Below, one piece after another: positions 1 to 12,270 of a DNA stretch of 64,000 bases (its first letter is position 1; each line of letters begins with the position of its first letter). The stretch covers positions 5,706,001 through 5,770,000 of the forward strand of contig CM052817.1 of assembly GCA_028534125.1 (NCBI GenBank). Direction: 5' to 3'. The notes under the pieces were generated by a model, which saw only the letters and a program-made list of their open reading frames with translations, did no database searches and was not told where the DNA came from. This stretch comes from Lama glama. Lineage: Eukaryota. The translations under genes were made by a program, and so were the position numbers.

Positions 1-706
1 GTGTGCCTTCCACTTGCCCACGCAGATTCCACGAGCAGAACAGAGAAGAGAGAGCTGTGCTCACAGCTTAGAAAGCAAGGACAGGGGAGAAGACAGGAGA
101 GACCTGGCTAAAGGGTCAAGGGAAAAAGAAGCCTCAGGGCCTGCCAAGCCCAGAGGTTCCAACAGAAGGTAAGGGCCAGTGCTGGAGAAGGGCTGCCTGG
201 GCTCGCCCCGTCCTGCCCGCCATGTGGGAGCCTGCATGAGCAGTGCGACCTCCCTGTGCTTTGGTTTCCTCAACTGTAAGGAGGGACCAATAGGGTCCCC
301 CTCACCGCCCCCCTGAGCAGTGCATAGAGCATCACATGGATGGAAGGACCAGAAACGCTGGGAGCTGGAGTTCACCCTGTCCTGGCAGCAGAAGGACCTT
401 CGTCGGCATCCGCCCCAAATAATTCCATGCCAGCCATCATGTGGCAACCTGGCACTCCTGCAAGTATGTGATTGCATTTAATCTGGGCAGAGAAATGCAA
501 TTACTAAGCCCCTCCTGGGTGCCAGCAACATCACAGACATTTTCTAGTCTGATGCCTATAGCCCACACTGTGATGCAGCCATTTGTCCTTCCCTTTGACA
601 AAAGATGAAATTGAGGATTCGAGAGGTTTTGTAACACGTCCAAGGCCACGTAGGGCCTGACTAGCAGCTCACACTTTCTCCATTATTTATCATGACTCTC
701 ACTGTC

Positions 707-753
707 GTGTGTGTGTGTATGTGTGTGTGTGTGTGTGTGTGTGTATGTCTGTG
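707..753. repeat. (TG)n microsatellite
   Basis: Near-perfect gtgtgt run. Confidence 0.95.
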
Positions 754-809
754 CAGGGGGATTAAAATGCTACTGGGATCCTACAGTGATTCACCAACTC
801 ACTTGTGAA

Positions 810-1150
810 GTCGATCTTCTTAACCTTCTCTTACAGGTGAGAAAATGGAGATCAGAGAGGGCGAGTGACTAAACAAGATGGTACTGTGTAGCACAGGGAA
901 ATATATACAGGATCTTGTGGTGGCTCACAGCGAAAGAGAATGTGACAATGAATGTATGTACGTTCATGTATAACTGAAAAATTGTGCTCTACGCTGGAAT
1001 TTGACACAAAATTGTAGAATGAGTATAACTCAATAAAAAAAAATGTTTAAAAAAAAAAAGAGAGGGCGAGTGACTTGCCTGCAGTTACCCAGCTGGTAAG
1101 GGCTGCATCTGGGTTTGATCCCGGCTGGCCTGATCTGGAGGCCACTGTCT
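810..1150 (-). mobile_element. MIR SINE interrupted by a young L1 fragment
   Basis: MIR core (ttacaggtgagaaaatggagatcagagagggcgagtgact ... tgcctgcagttacccagctggtaag) resumes after the L1 insert; boundaries approximate. Confidence 0.75.
871..1058 (+). mobile_element. 5'-truncated young L1 3' end with poly(A) and 17-bp TSD
   Basis: L1 3'UTR text (gtagcacagggaaatatatac...tgtgacaatgaatg), AATAAA at 1032-1037 and an A-tail. Identical AGAGAGGGCGAGTGACT at 854-870 and 1059-1075. Confidence 0.9.
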
Positions 1151-1574
1151 CGCTTCTGTACCTGCCCCTTTTGGGCAAATTCATTCAATGCTGTTGGTCT
1201 GGCAAAGCACCTGGCATGGAGGATGTATGTGTCACTTTTTCCCTCTTTCCTCTTTTACTTCAAAACAACTCAGAAATTGACTTTCTGCCCAGCTAGCTGC
1301 TCCTGAGAAGTTTTTCAGTCCCTCTCGAGTATGGTTGGTGTGGGAAGGTCCGTCCAGTGTCCCCCGAGCAAAGAGATTTCAGGCGTCTGTAGCAGGAGGG
1401 ACCCTGCCTGAGAAGCAGCAGGGCTCGGTTCCAGATCTGACTCCACCAAACACCCAGCTCGTTACGTGATGCTGGGAAGTGCACCCAACCCGTCGGGGCC
1501 TCATTTTCCCCACGAATAAAATAGACACAATCATATCAGAGGTTTTCTGTAAAACACTGTCACATTCATGAAGC

Positions 1575-2700
1575 TTAGTTCATAAATTAAGGCAAACAAA
1601 CCAACCTCTGGCTACTTTAAAATTAAGAGCATCTGTTCATCTGAGAGCACCACGGAGTGCAGGAGCCACAGACGGGCAGGAGGTATCATACACAGCGAAC
1701 AGAGAATTTGTGTCCCAGCTTTTAAAAACCCAACTCTTATGAGTCAATCAGAAAAAGGTGACCTAACAGAGAAAAGGATCGAATGCGTGAACAGGTGTTT
1801 CACAGAAGAAGAAGTGCAAATGGCAAGTAAGCCTGTGAAAAGGTGCTCACTGTCCTTAGTGATTCAGGATAATACGAGATAAAACCATAATTCTATACCA
1901 TTCCGCACTACCAGGTCAGTAAACGACGGAAAAGTCCGACAACACCAATGCCAAGTGTTGAGGAGCAACACGAACTTTCATCCTGGAAACGGCCATGCCG
2001 ACCTTGGAGCACGACCGCGCTTTACCGCGTCAAGGCGAGGTGCGCGTGTCCTGCGACCCAGCAGTGACACGCAGGGTGCGTCTGTTCTGGAGAGGCTCTA
2101 TTTGAATTTAAATTAATGGAAAGCCCAGCGCTTCGGCCACCCCAGCCACATTCAGGTGCTCAGCGGTCGCGTGGCTGGCGGTGGCTCCCGCACTGCGTTA
2201 GCGGGCAGCCCCCGTTCCCATCAGCACAGAACCCTGGTGCGCCGTACCTGGAAGTTCAGAGCCACGCTGCTCACAGAGTGAGCAAACGGGAGACGGCTCT
2301 GATGCTCTGGGGAAAGGGAAGGGGCTAATAATTAGGATGCATTCATACAAAGGATTCTATAGAGCAGTAAAAGACGGTGGCCTGTGGTCAGGCATGTGAC
2401 ATGGATGGCACCTGAAGACACACTGGGTATAAGAACGAGGCACAGCAAGAACCTCCAGGATGGCGGTTCTCTTTATATAAACACAAAAACCAGGCAAAGC
2501 ACAACACTAGATTTTTAGGGGACCCCCTTCATACGGGGGTCAAATCATAAAATAAGAAAAAAACAAAAGCATGATGAGCGCAAAATCCCAGCCAGGGACC
2601 AGGGAGAGGCACCAGGGCATTGCCATGGCTTACGTTGGCTGAGTGCGCTGATTTTTCCCTGCTACTTTTCCGTATAATGCTACTTTTTCCATGTTATAAT
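1575..2700 (+). mobile_element. Ancient L1M fragment (ORF2 3' end/3'UTR) with a nested MER3-like hAT fragment (~2095-2240)
   Basis: Degenerate L1 motifs (gaacaggtgtttcacagaagaagaagtgcaaatggc; gtgaaaaggtgctca; gacccagcag) and a MER3-like cagccacattcaggtgctcagcggtcgcgtggctgg; boundaries approximate. Confidence 0.65.
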
Positions 2701-4263
2701 TCTATAATAACAGTAATCAAATTACTCTCTTTGTCTAGGTGATGTATTTCATCCTCCTTTGCGTATGATGTGTTTCATAATTATAATTAAAAATATATAC
2801 TCTATATATTATATACTTACAGAGAAATTGATTTATTATGTATACTTTCTATAGAAATATATATACATATAATAGTATAAATGAAGGAACCTAAACCCAA
2901 GCGGTAATTCACTCACGGTGAACAAGTATCAACAGGAACTTAACCAAAAGAAAATTCTATAGCTAGAGTTAGATACAAGAATTTGGTAAAAAAAAAAAAA
3001 ATTCTCCCAGGACACGGGACTCAGCCTGCCAGGTGGCTCAGCTGAGGACCAGTCTGGAGGTGGGGACAGGTAGCTGGCCCTGAGGTCCTGGTGATCTCCT
3101 GGAAGCCCCAAAGGGAAAAGAAGTAGTAGTGACAGGAGACCCTTGTGTAGGTGCTTGGTCCTGTCATCCGGGGAAACTCCCTTCTCCAACCCACATAAAC
3201 ACTATGAGCTGCAGTTACATCCTTTCTCTAACACATCTTTTGTGTTATTACAAACGATCATGAAAATGTTCCATAGTCTTTAAAATGGAGGAACAGTTTT
3301 TCTTTTGAGAGTACGCTATACCACCAAATTATGCTAAAAAAGTTAAGCAATTATGGCAAAGTGCCACTTTAAGGAAAAGATCCTGATATTAAAGAGAAAT
3401 CTCACCTTTCTTCTACTCCAGTTTATCAGAATTTCGTGAAAACACAGCAGCTCTTTGAAGCTGCCAGCTTCCCCGAACAAAGGAAAGCTTTAGATGCGAA
3501 GTACGGTGCTGGGAAGGGAGCTGCGAGCTCTGACAGAGTAATCCCGGGTCCCTTCGCACATCAGCCTTGTCGGGGTGGGGGAGGGGCGTGGGCACTGCCT
3601 AGAAATCTGGCCACGTGCTCTAGAGGTAACACAATTAGAACCCCGTGTAACTCTGGGTTATATTTATCAAAAGCAGCAAGTGTTAGAAAGGAAAAAAAAA
3701 AGAGAATGAATAATTCCTGTAATAGTGACTACCTTCCCCAGAACACACAAGAGATTTTCTTCCGAACTTTACTTAGAAGCTGCCCCTGCATCTTTCACAC
3801 TAGGTCCAAGCGTGTCTCCTCTGAGAGACTTTTACATGCACAAACCTCTACTGAGCGTGTCCCGCTGTTTGCGAGTCGGTGGCATCCCCGCTGTCATCTC
3901 TCTGAGGACGGGGCACATGTCACCCCTCTCTGGGTCCCAAGAACTCACCACAGCATCTGGCGTAGACTGTTTTCCAAAGTGAGTTAATCACACGTGTTGA
4001 GGACAGCGCCTGGACTCTAGTGTGATGTGAATGGCAGCCCTCCTCCCTCCCCGTGGGGCCCGGCACAATGAGGATGAGGGTGCCTGAGGCTGGACGACAC
4101 CGGCTGGAGACCTGCAAGTCATTCGTGATGCTTCCTGTCCGCTTGGCAGGTCCTCCTGTCCCCATGCGAGGCCCTCCCACTAAGTCCTGCCGTGTTTCCT
4201 TCCGTAAATAGCCCCCCAGTCTAGCCGCCCCACCTTGGCAGCTCCACTCTGGAAGTCTAGCCC

Positions 4264-4437
4264 AGGGACTGGCAAAATTTTCCTGTAAAGGGACATTGGG
4301 TCTCTGTCAGGACCTCTCAGCTCTGCTTTTGCGGGAAGGCAATGGGAGACAATGAAACACACAGGGACGCGCTTGGCTGCATCCCGATAAAACTTTATTT
4401 ACCAAAACAAGGGGTGGGCTGGAGCTTGTCAGCCCTG
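4264..4437. mobile_element. MER58-like hAT-Charlie DNA transposon
   Basis: cagggactggcaaaattttcctgtaaaggg ... ataaaactttatttaccaaaacaaggggtgggctgga ... cagccctg termini. Confidence 0.7.
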
Positions 4438-7271
4438 CCTCACCTAAGGAACCATAGCTTCTCGCCTTCTTGACTGGTGTCCCCCGTCCATGTGGACTCT
4501 CCCCAGTCTGTTCTGCACGGCAAAGCCCGAGGAGCCTTTCAAAAAAATACCTTGGTCACATGAGTCCCTACTGAAACCACTTCCGTCCCCCTGCTCTGGA
4601 ATGAAGACCAGCCTCCTTGGCCTGCCCCGCAGAGGCGTGCGGTGTCCCCTCCGCCTCCCTCGCTCTGTGCTTCCTCCACGTTGGCTCTGGGCCACTCCCG
4701 CCTCTGCGGGCTCTGAGCCTCTGTGCTTGCTGTTCCCTCTCTCCCCGAATTCTCACCTCGTGTCCAAGCTTGGGTTGTAAGTTCCATGATGGCAGAATGC
4801 ATGTCTCCTGCTCTCCACAGGACCCCCAACCCGAGACAGCACTTGGCTCAGTGTAAGCGCTTTCTTAGTATTGTTAAACGTGTTGATAAGTTAACGAAAT
4901 GAGAGGACTTTTATGGAGATGCAGGAAAGTACAAAAAAGCTTCCAAGTTAGATTTTCATGATGTAATGAAAATATAATTCTGCTCAGTGTCCGCCCTGCT
5001 CCCGCTCCGGGAGCTGGAACGCTGGCTGGTTGGTGATTCACACCGAGCTTCTGGATGAGTCAGCGCACAGACCGCCATTGAAGAATTGATGGGAAGCCAG
5101 GTGCCTTACGCTTGTGACTCCAATTCTGCGAAGAGCTTTAAAAGGCCAGGCTGTTCTGCTTTGTGAGCAGAGCGGACCGGAAACATCAGGACGCTTCTCG
5201 GGATGCTGGAAGGGGGCGGGGACCTCAGTGATGACGTGAATCTCTGGTGTGTGTTGTGGCTCCCAAGTTACTGTCCCATGTGCACTGAAGGTCTCGTTGG
5301 AGTTGCCCAGGAACCTCTGAGGTAGGCACGGCCCTGGGGCTGCCTGATGGATGGCGTTTCAACTCCACATGCCCTGCTGGAAGCCACATTAACAGCCCTG
5401 CCGACGTCTCCCCCTCGCAGCCTACCTCCCTCCCTGCAAGCCTGCTCTTCCTCCAGCTGCCTGCAGAAATGGCCCTGCCGTCCTCCCTCCTGCCTGAGAC
5501 CGACACCTGATATCACCTTTGACGACTCCTTCCCTTTCTGTCTTTGCTGCTAAGTCCTGATGACTTTACCCTGAAACATCTTTTTTAAAAAATACTAATT
5601 TTTACCAAGATATAGTTTGCATATAATAACTTGCAAAGAACTCTAGTGTGGAGTTCAGTGCATTCAGAGGAAAGTATACCCCTGCGTAACCAATACCTTA
5701 CTAAGATGTGGAGCATTTCCACCACTCCAGAAAGTTCCTTGTGCCATCTTCTAGTCAGTGTCCCTCATCCCGCCCCCAGCACACACAGAGTTAACCGCTG
5801 TGCTGGCTTCTACCACCTTAGCTTCCATTTTTCCTTCCTCTGCCCTGAATCTAGTTCCCTCCAGGCAGATAAAGAGAAGTCTCTTAGAAGCACAAAACGG
5901 ATCACGTCTTAAAATCTTGCAGTGGCTTCCACCGTCCTTCGGATGAGCCCCAAGTCCCTAAGTGCCTCAGTGCCTTAAGGGATTTGGCCCCAGCTTCCTG
6001 TCCTCCCTCAGAAGGACCTGAAATCCTCTCCTTCCCTCGGAAGCCTGCTCTATGCCTGCTCAGGGCTTCTGCCAGCATCTTCCATCTCCTTGCCAGGCAT
6101 CGCCTCCCTCCCCTGCCCCAAGCAGGTACTTCCTCAATCTCAGCTTGAAAGTTCCCTGCACTGATCAGTCCAGTTAAGTGACCCCCCCACCCTGTTTTAC
6201 CTCCTCCCATGAAACACAAACTACACTTGTCCCACGAGAGTCATATCTGTTCTCTATAAAATGTTGGGGCAGGTTGTGCCCCACTGTTCACTGCCCTCCC
6301 TGCCTCTGGCCTGATGCTGGCACCTGCAGGGACTGAGTGGGTAAAAGACTCTCTTCCTTGGGGAACCACTTGGCCCATCCAGAGAGGCTGGGGGCACTTT
6401 TGCTTGATTTTAGCTCCCATTTTCCCAGATCTGTGTCAGTTTTCCCCCTCACTTTGCATAGGCATTTGGGATAAGACCCTATTTTTCAAGTTGAAGAGCA
6501 TCATTTTCTCACTTCCAGATTTTACTGAACTCAGGTGGGATTTTGTAACTCGAGTGGGACCAAGCGGGCACACATTTGTATGCACTTTTCTCCGAACCAG
6601 AAAATATTGATGTTTACGGAAAAGTCCGAGTCATCTGTAGGCTTTTATAACCAGTGTCCCAAGGGACCCAATGATGCTGACCACAGCAAAGGCCTAGAGG
6701 AGAAGACAGGCTACGGCTGTTTCTCCAGAGAGTGATATTAATCTTCCCAGGGGTCAAGGCAGTCCAGCCCAGCCCATCTAGAGCATTTTGCGGGAAGAGG
6801 GCAGGATGGGTGGAAGAGAAGGAGCAAGGAGGGGAGAGGCAAGCCTTGAGAGGCTACTTGTCCCAGACGGCTCAGCTAGTGAGGGATGGGGCAGGTTTCT
6901 GGCATTCACCACGATTGCCCTTTCTGCCCTGTCTCCTCTCTCCAGGTGACCCTGAAATCACATGGCAGGAAGCAGCCTTCCCAATACATATGAGAAGCAG
7001 GGATCTGGGGTATTTATCCTCCAACAGATGAGAAAACTGAGAAAACTGAGGCTTAGAGAGGCAGCCCAGGGCCCCTTTGCTAATGGATGGGCTACAATAC
7101 AGATTGGATTCATGCCTTTGTCCAGAGTCATGCTGGCACAGATATTTCTTCTTTCTGAAGAAGTTCAGGCTCCTTGCAGGCCTCTTTTGGGAGCTGGGAG
7201 ACATTTGCCCCTGACACATTTTGGAATAAGTAAAAGGACCAAAATGCTTGAACAGCAGTGCTTGGTGGCTG

Positions 7272-7650
7272 CTGCGGGCGGACTTGTATCCCCTCAAGCT
7301 TCAAGCTGAAATCGTAACCCCCAGTATCTCAGACGGACGGCATTTGGAGGTGGGGTCTTTAAAGAGGTGATAAGGTAAAACGAGGTCACATGGGTGGGCC
7401 CTAGTCCAGGTGACTTGTTTTCTCACAAGAAGAGGAGATCAGGAGCAGACGCGTGCAGATGGAAGAACACGAGAGGACACAGGGAGAAGACGGCCGCCTG
7501 CACGCCGAGGAGGGAGGCCTCAGAAGGAGCCAACATGGCCGAGGCCTCCGTCCTGGCCTTTCAGCCTCCAGAATTGTGAGACAGCAGATTTCGGCTGTTT
7601 AAGCCCCCTCGCCTGTGACACTTGGTTATGGTAGCCGTGGGAAAGGAACA
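7272..7650 (+). mobile_element. MLT1-type MaLR solo LTR
   Basis: Typical MLT1 text: taacccccagtatctcaga, atttggaggtggggtctttaaagaggtgataaggtaaaacgaggtca, cagcctccagaattgtgagacagcagatttc, ttggttatggtagcc. Confidence 0.8.
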
Positions 7651-8371
7651 CAGTGGCTCTTGATTGTGGCTGAGATGGCTTTGAGAAGGTCTGTGGAATG
7701 GGAATGGTTCGTTTACAGAGTCTACAGCAAGCAGAGCTGATCCCACCGGAGGGTCCGGGCAAGGGGAGGGATGTGACTCAGAACTTGTAAGTCCTGTGTG
7801 TCCCCAATGCCTTTGTCATTTGCAGCAGCGGCCCCAGGAGCCTGGCCCTCTGCCTTGGCAAGTTCCCATCCAGAAAGGACATTTAACCAACATTGTCCTC
7901 CCCAGCTTGATCAGGAGGCCGAAATTTCCCCAAATCTAAACGTGGCCACTTGACCGGTGTCTCTATCAGCGCGTCCAGCAGGGCCATTCAACTCTAGTCA
8001 GCAGCAGACTGCCAACATGTCCTGAACAATCCCTGAAAACCCAGAGACCCAGGAGATGCCCCAGGAACTCTGCTTCCAGAGGGAAATTGCCATAAAAAAA
8101 AATGCCCATGGGCATAAGGAAAGGCTCATAAAATCATGCCGGGTGAGAAAAGCCAAAAACAAAAGAAAACAAAAATCAATTTCAATTTTTTATAAATTTA
8201 AAAAATTACATACATTTGGCAGAAAGGAAGGAAGCAGCATCAGTAACCCGTGACACAGGTGCTTTCACTTGCTTTTCTTTGTATTTTCTTAGTTGCTACA
8301 AGAGATCCTGAGCCATTTATAACTAGACTTCCCTCAGGAATTCTTCCAGAAAACTTCACAGGGAAAAAAGA

Positions 8372-8430
8372 AGAGGAGGAGGAGGGGAGAGGAGGGGGAG
8401 GGGGGAGGAGGAGGAGGAGGAGGAGGAGGA
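8372..8430. repeat. (GGA)n purine-rich simple repeat
   Basis: gaggaggagg runs. Confidence 0.9.
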
Positions 8431-8644
8431 CACAGCAAGGTGAGTCAATCACATTCCTTGTTTCTTGACTTTCTATCATTACTGGACTGGGTACCATTCC
8501 TCTCTTATTTATATTGATTTGTTTTTCCTCTTTTTCCCCTCAGTCTCTGCCCTCATTATTTTTGCCCTTCCATGCGCTTCCCTCAACCCTAGACAAACTC
8601 ATGTGCAAGTGTTTGATGAATGTTCTTGAAATCAACCAGTTCTT

Positions 8645-8740
8645 TCTGTCTGTCTATCTATTATCTATCTATCTATCCATCTATCCATCCATCCATCCAT
8701 CTGTCATCACCATCATCATCATCATCATCATCCATCTATC
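8645..8740. repeat. Compound microsatellite (TCTA)n(TCCA)n(CAT)n
   Basis: Directly visible tandem units. Confidence 0.9.
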
Positions 8741-9059
8741 TTTTTATCAGTCAACTTTCTGTCATTTTCTTCCTGAAAATCTGTATTGTTGCTTTATATA
8801 AGTGTGTTTTTAAAATAATAACTCTTCTTTAATATAATTAATTTGGGTTAAACTAATGCCAGCTGAAGTACTTTTACTGTCTTTATTCTGAGCACATTTA
8901 CTTCATCTTAGCTTTATTTCACTTTCCCTACTATCTTCAATGTGTCAATTATTTAATAGTTAGATGTTGAATGACCTAAAGAGAAATGAAAAGGTTATTA
9001 AATAAGTGCTGAGAACTATTGTCATGAGATCAAAATCACCATGACCCTCAGTGTTCACA

Positions 9060-10080
9060 GGAATCTAAACACTCACAGAACACACTGTACATTTCTCTAA
9101 AGGTAAACATTTCCCACCAGCTGTGTGTGCCCTTGCAGCATCTTTAAGTCGCCTGCATGATATGTGTGTTTTAAATTTACGTAAACGACACACATGGTAT
9201 CGGGCTTCAGACTCCCCCGCTCTGCTCTCAGCACTGGGGTCAGATCTGTGCACTTGCAGGTCAAGATCGGGTTCACTGCTTTTCACTGCAGTGTAACTAT
9301 TTGGTAGTGTGTATCTCCTATGCTTTATTTATACTTTTCCCCAAGGGATGGCGACTCGGGTTACCTTTAACCCCTCATTGCCACAAACAAGGCTGTAGTT
9401 AATTTTCCTGCAGTCTATCCTATGGACCTACGTGACAATCTCTGGGATGTGTAACTAGGGGTGGCGTCTGGGGTCATTGGGAATACGGATGCTTAATTTT
9501 GAATAACTGGTAGCAGACTGCTCCACCTGAGCTTGAGGGCTCCCATTTCCCTAGGTCTTTGTCAACACTCGGTATTCTCTACTTCTAATTTGACAACTGG
9601 GCAAGTACACAGAGGCATGTTCTCGGTGTAGTCTGCCTTTCTCTGATTTAAACAAGTTCAAGGCCTCTCTTCCCTTGCATGTTACCACTTTGGCATCTAG
9701 TTCTGGGAACGGCCCTTTCTACTTCCCCTTCCCTGTAGGACTCAGGTCTTTTTACTGTTGACCCACAGGAGGTCCTCACTGTTGCAGGTGTTGCTCCCTG
9801 ATCAGTTTTAGAGGCTACACAGGGCTTCTCTCTCCCCATCGTCTGCCGCAGCCTTGACCCTGCCGTTCCTCGTTGGGCATAAACCCACCATTTTGATGTA
9901 GTTGAATCTACCCTTTCTCTCCCCATTGTTTGTGTCTTGAAGGGTCTTGTCCTTCCCCAGCCCGGGTCACGGTGACACCTTCCTACTTTGTCTTCCGTTT
10001 GGTTTTTAGTTTTGCTTGCACATTTTGGTCTTGAATACATCTAGAATCATTTTATACTGTTCTATCTGTTTAGTCCCTGT
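9060..10080 (-). mobile_element. Ancient L1M fragment
   Basis: Degenerate antisense L1 text (tttctctgatt, gcataaacccaccattttgatgtagttgaatcta); boundaries approximate. Confidence 0.55.
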
Positions 10081-10864
10081 TCCTTCTTTCTAAGTTCAGA
10101 AGGTTTTGCTTCCACAGAGGGTTCACTGGGCAGACCTACTAAACCGATGCTGACATATAAAATGTGCTCTCCATAAACAGGAAGGAAGATGGGACTGAGT
10201 ATTTTTGAAGGCTCTGTGCCATTGAACTTCTGAACTGTGAAGCCAGTGTCACATTCATGGACATATTTCCCAGGAACAAACCGACAATCACCTAGCACAA
10301 CACTAACTGGGCACCTGGGAAAGAGGAGGCATGAGCTGGGCTGAAAGGTCAAGGTTAAGGAGGGAAGAAGGCCCCCTTTCCCCTCCTGATGATGCACATG
10401 GCCTTGTTTAGATCGTGGGAGTCTTCCTGTGGACCAGTTCAGACGTAGCTGTGCCGTGAGTTCAACCGGGCAGGCAGCGCTGCTGACTGGCTGATGCTGG
10501 ACTGTAAATACAGGTGATGAAGACAGGGGTGGGGGGTGTGCGCTGCCCTGACAGCAAGGTGACTGCCACCAGCTCGGCTGTCGGCCCAGCCCGGGCTGCC
10601 TCGTGCATGACCCTCCCCCCGCCACCCCCCCACCTCGGCTCTGTAGAGCGGACCTACTCCGCTCCTGACTGATCCCTCCCTTGGCCGGCACCCTATCCAA
10701 CCCAACACCATTCCTCTTGCAGGTGACAGACAATCCCAGCCACCAGGTCTCCTGCCCACAGCCTGTCCCCTCCACCAAGACACCGAAAGGGTCTTCCCGA
10801 AACACAAATGCAATCACTAGTCCCACGGTGTAGTATCCATCACTGTTTCCTAAATGTCTGCGCT

Positions 10865-11050
10865 GGAGGGTCTCAACCACCGCTATGCATTAGAACCATC
10901 TGGAGCGCTTAAAACAGTGCCACCCTGCCCCTCCCCCGCTGCTCCAAGTAGCTCTGAATCTTGGTGATGGTGGTGGCAGGTCCCAAGCATTAATTGTTTC
11001 TTTCACTCACCCTTCTGGATCTCATGTGCTTCCAGGGCTGAGAACCTCTG
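10865..11050. mobile_element. MER5A-like hAT DNA transposon
   Basis: ggtctcaacc...tgcattagaaccatctggagcgctt ... cagggctgagaacctctg. Confidence 0.55.
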
Positions 11051-11412
11051 GCCCACAGGATCAAGTGTGAGCTCCCTACCAGAGCATACAAGGTCTAGTG
11101 GGGTCGACCCCACATCACTGATGAAATAGCAAATGCCTGATGCAAAGGCCAGGCATGCAATTACTATTTGTGGTTAGTGTATGAGCGTCCAGTCTGTCTC
11201 CTGCTACCAGGCACATCCAGGCCCTTTTGGAATCTACCAGGAGCCCTCCCACCCCAGAACTGGCACCTGATGACTCCTCCAGGGGGTCTCAGTACCACCT
11301 TGTGCTCAACCAGAGGAGCAGTAGTCAGGGACTCAGCAGCACATCTGCCCGGCCCCTGGGCGGCCTCTGACCAGGTGTCCAGGCCAGGCTTCCAAAACCC
11401 ACCCGTACTTCC

Positions 11413-11902
11413 TGTAGTCGGCTGTGGAATGGCCCCAAACCCCAGGACCCGACATCCTGTGAATGTTGCCTGCCTTACACGGCAAAAAGAGACTTTGCAC
11501 ATGTGATTAGGTTCGGATCTTGAGATGGAAATTCTATCCTGTGTTATTTGGGTCGACCCTAACTGCCATCACAACTGCCCTTATGAAAGGGAGGCTGAGG
11601 GGGTTGTGACATGGAAGGTGAGACCATGTGATCGTTGAAGCAAAACGCTTCACTGCTGGCTTTGAAGATGGGGAGGGGCCGGGAGCCGAGGCGCTCCAGA
11701 AAGCAGCCTAGAAGGTGAGAAAGGCAAGAAACTGGATTCTGCTCTGGAGCCTGTGGCGGGGGTGTGGCCCTGCCAAAACCTTGGCTTCAGCTCAGGGAGA
11801 CAGATTTTGGACCTTCCGGCTTCCAGAGCTGTAAGATAATAGATTTCTATTAAGCCACCCATTTTGTGCTGATTTGTTGGAGTGGCCCCAGGAAGGGCGT
11901 AC
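11413..11902 (+). mobile_element. MLT1 (D/F-like) MaLR solo LTR
   Basis: ccttacacggcaaaaagagactttgcacatgtgattagg, gagatggaaattctatcctg, ccagagctgtaagataatagatttc, taagccacccattttgtgctgatttgtt. Confidence 0.8.
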
Positions 11903-12019
11903 ACTCCCAGGGCCATGCCTCTGGGGTTCACCTTGCTGTCTCATTTGCAAGGCTGGATTGGCACCTCTTACCCTCCGTGTAGGAGACACTGGTCAAGATT
12001 TGTGACTCCTGGGGGGACA

Positions 12020-12270
12020 CTGTATAGTGTAGTGGTCAGGAAGGCACAGCCTGGAGCTGCATGGGTTTCAATCCCACTTCTACCCCTCATTAGCTGGGAA
12101 ACCCTGAGTAAATTACTTAACCTTTCTGTGCATCAGGTTCTCCATGTGTGAAATGGGGCCATAATGGCATCTACCTCACAGGCTGTTGCGGGAGTAAATT
12201 AATTACATTTGTAAATGAATTAAATATGCTTGGACCAGAAGCAGGTGCACAGTAATTCTCAATCAGTGTC
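12020..12270 (+). mobile_element. MIR SINE
   Basis: tagctgggaaaccctgagtaaattacttaacctttctgtgcatcaggttctccatgtgtgaaatgggg core. Confidence 0.75.

Noticed and set aside
1185..1215. ctgttggtctggcaaagcac as a remnant of the terminal exon (PETK region)
   Set aside because: The similarity is short and does not extend on either side.
10062..10880. 272-aa minus-strand ORF downstream of exon 11
   Set aside because: No recognisable domain and no GLUT9 C-terminal similarity; composition fits a chance ORF in GC-rich DNA.
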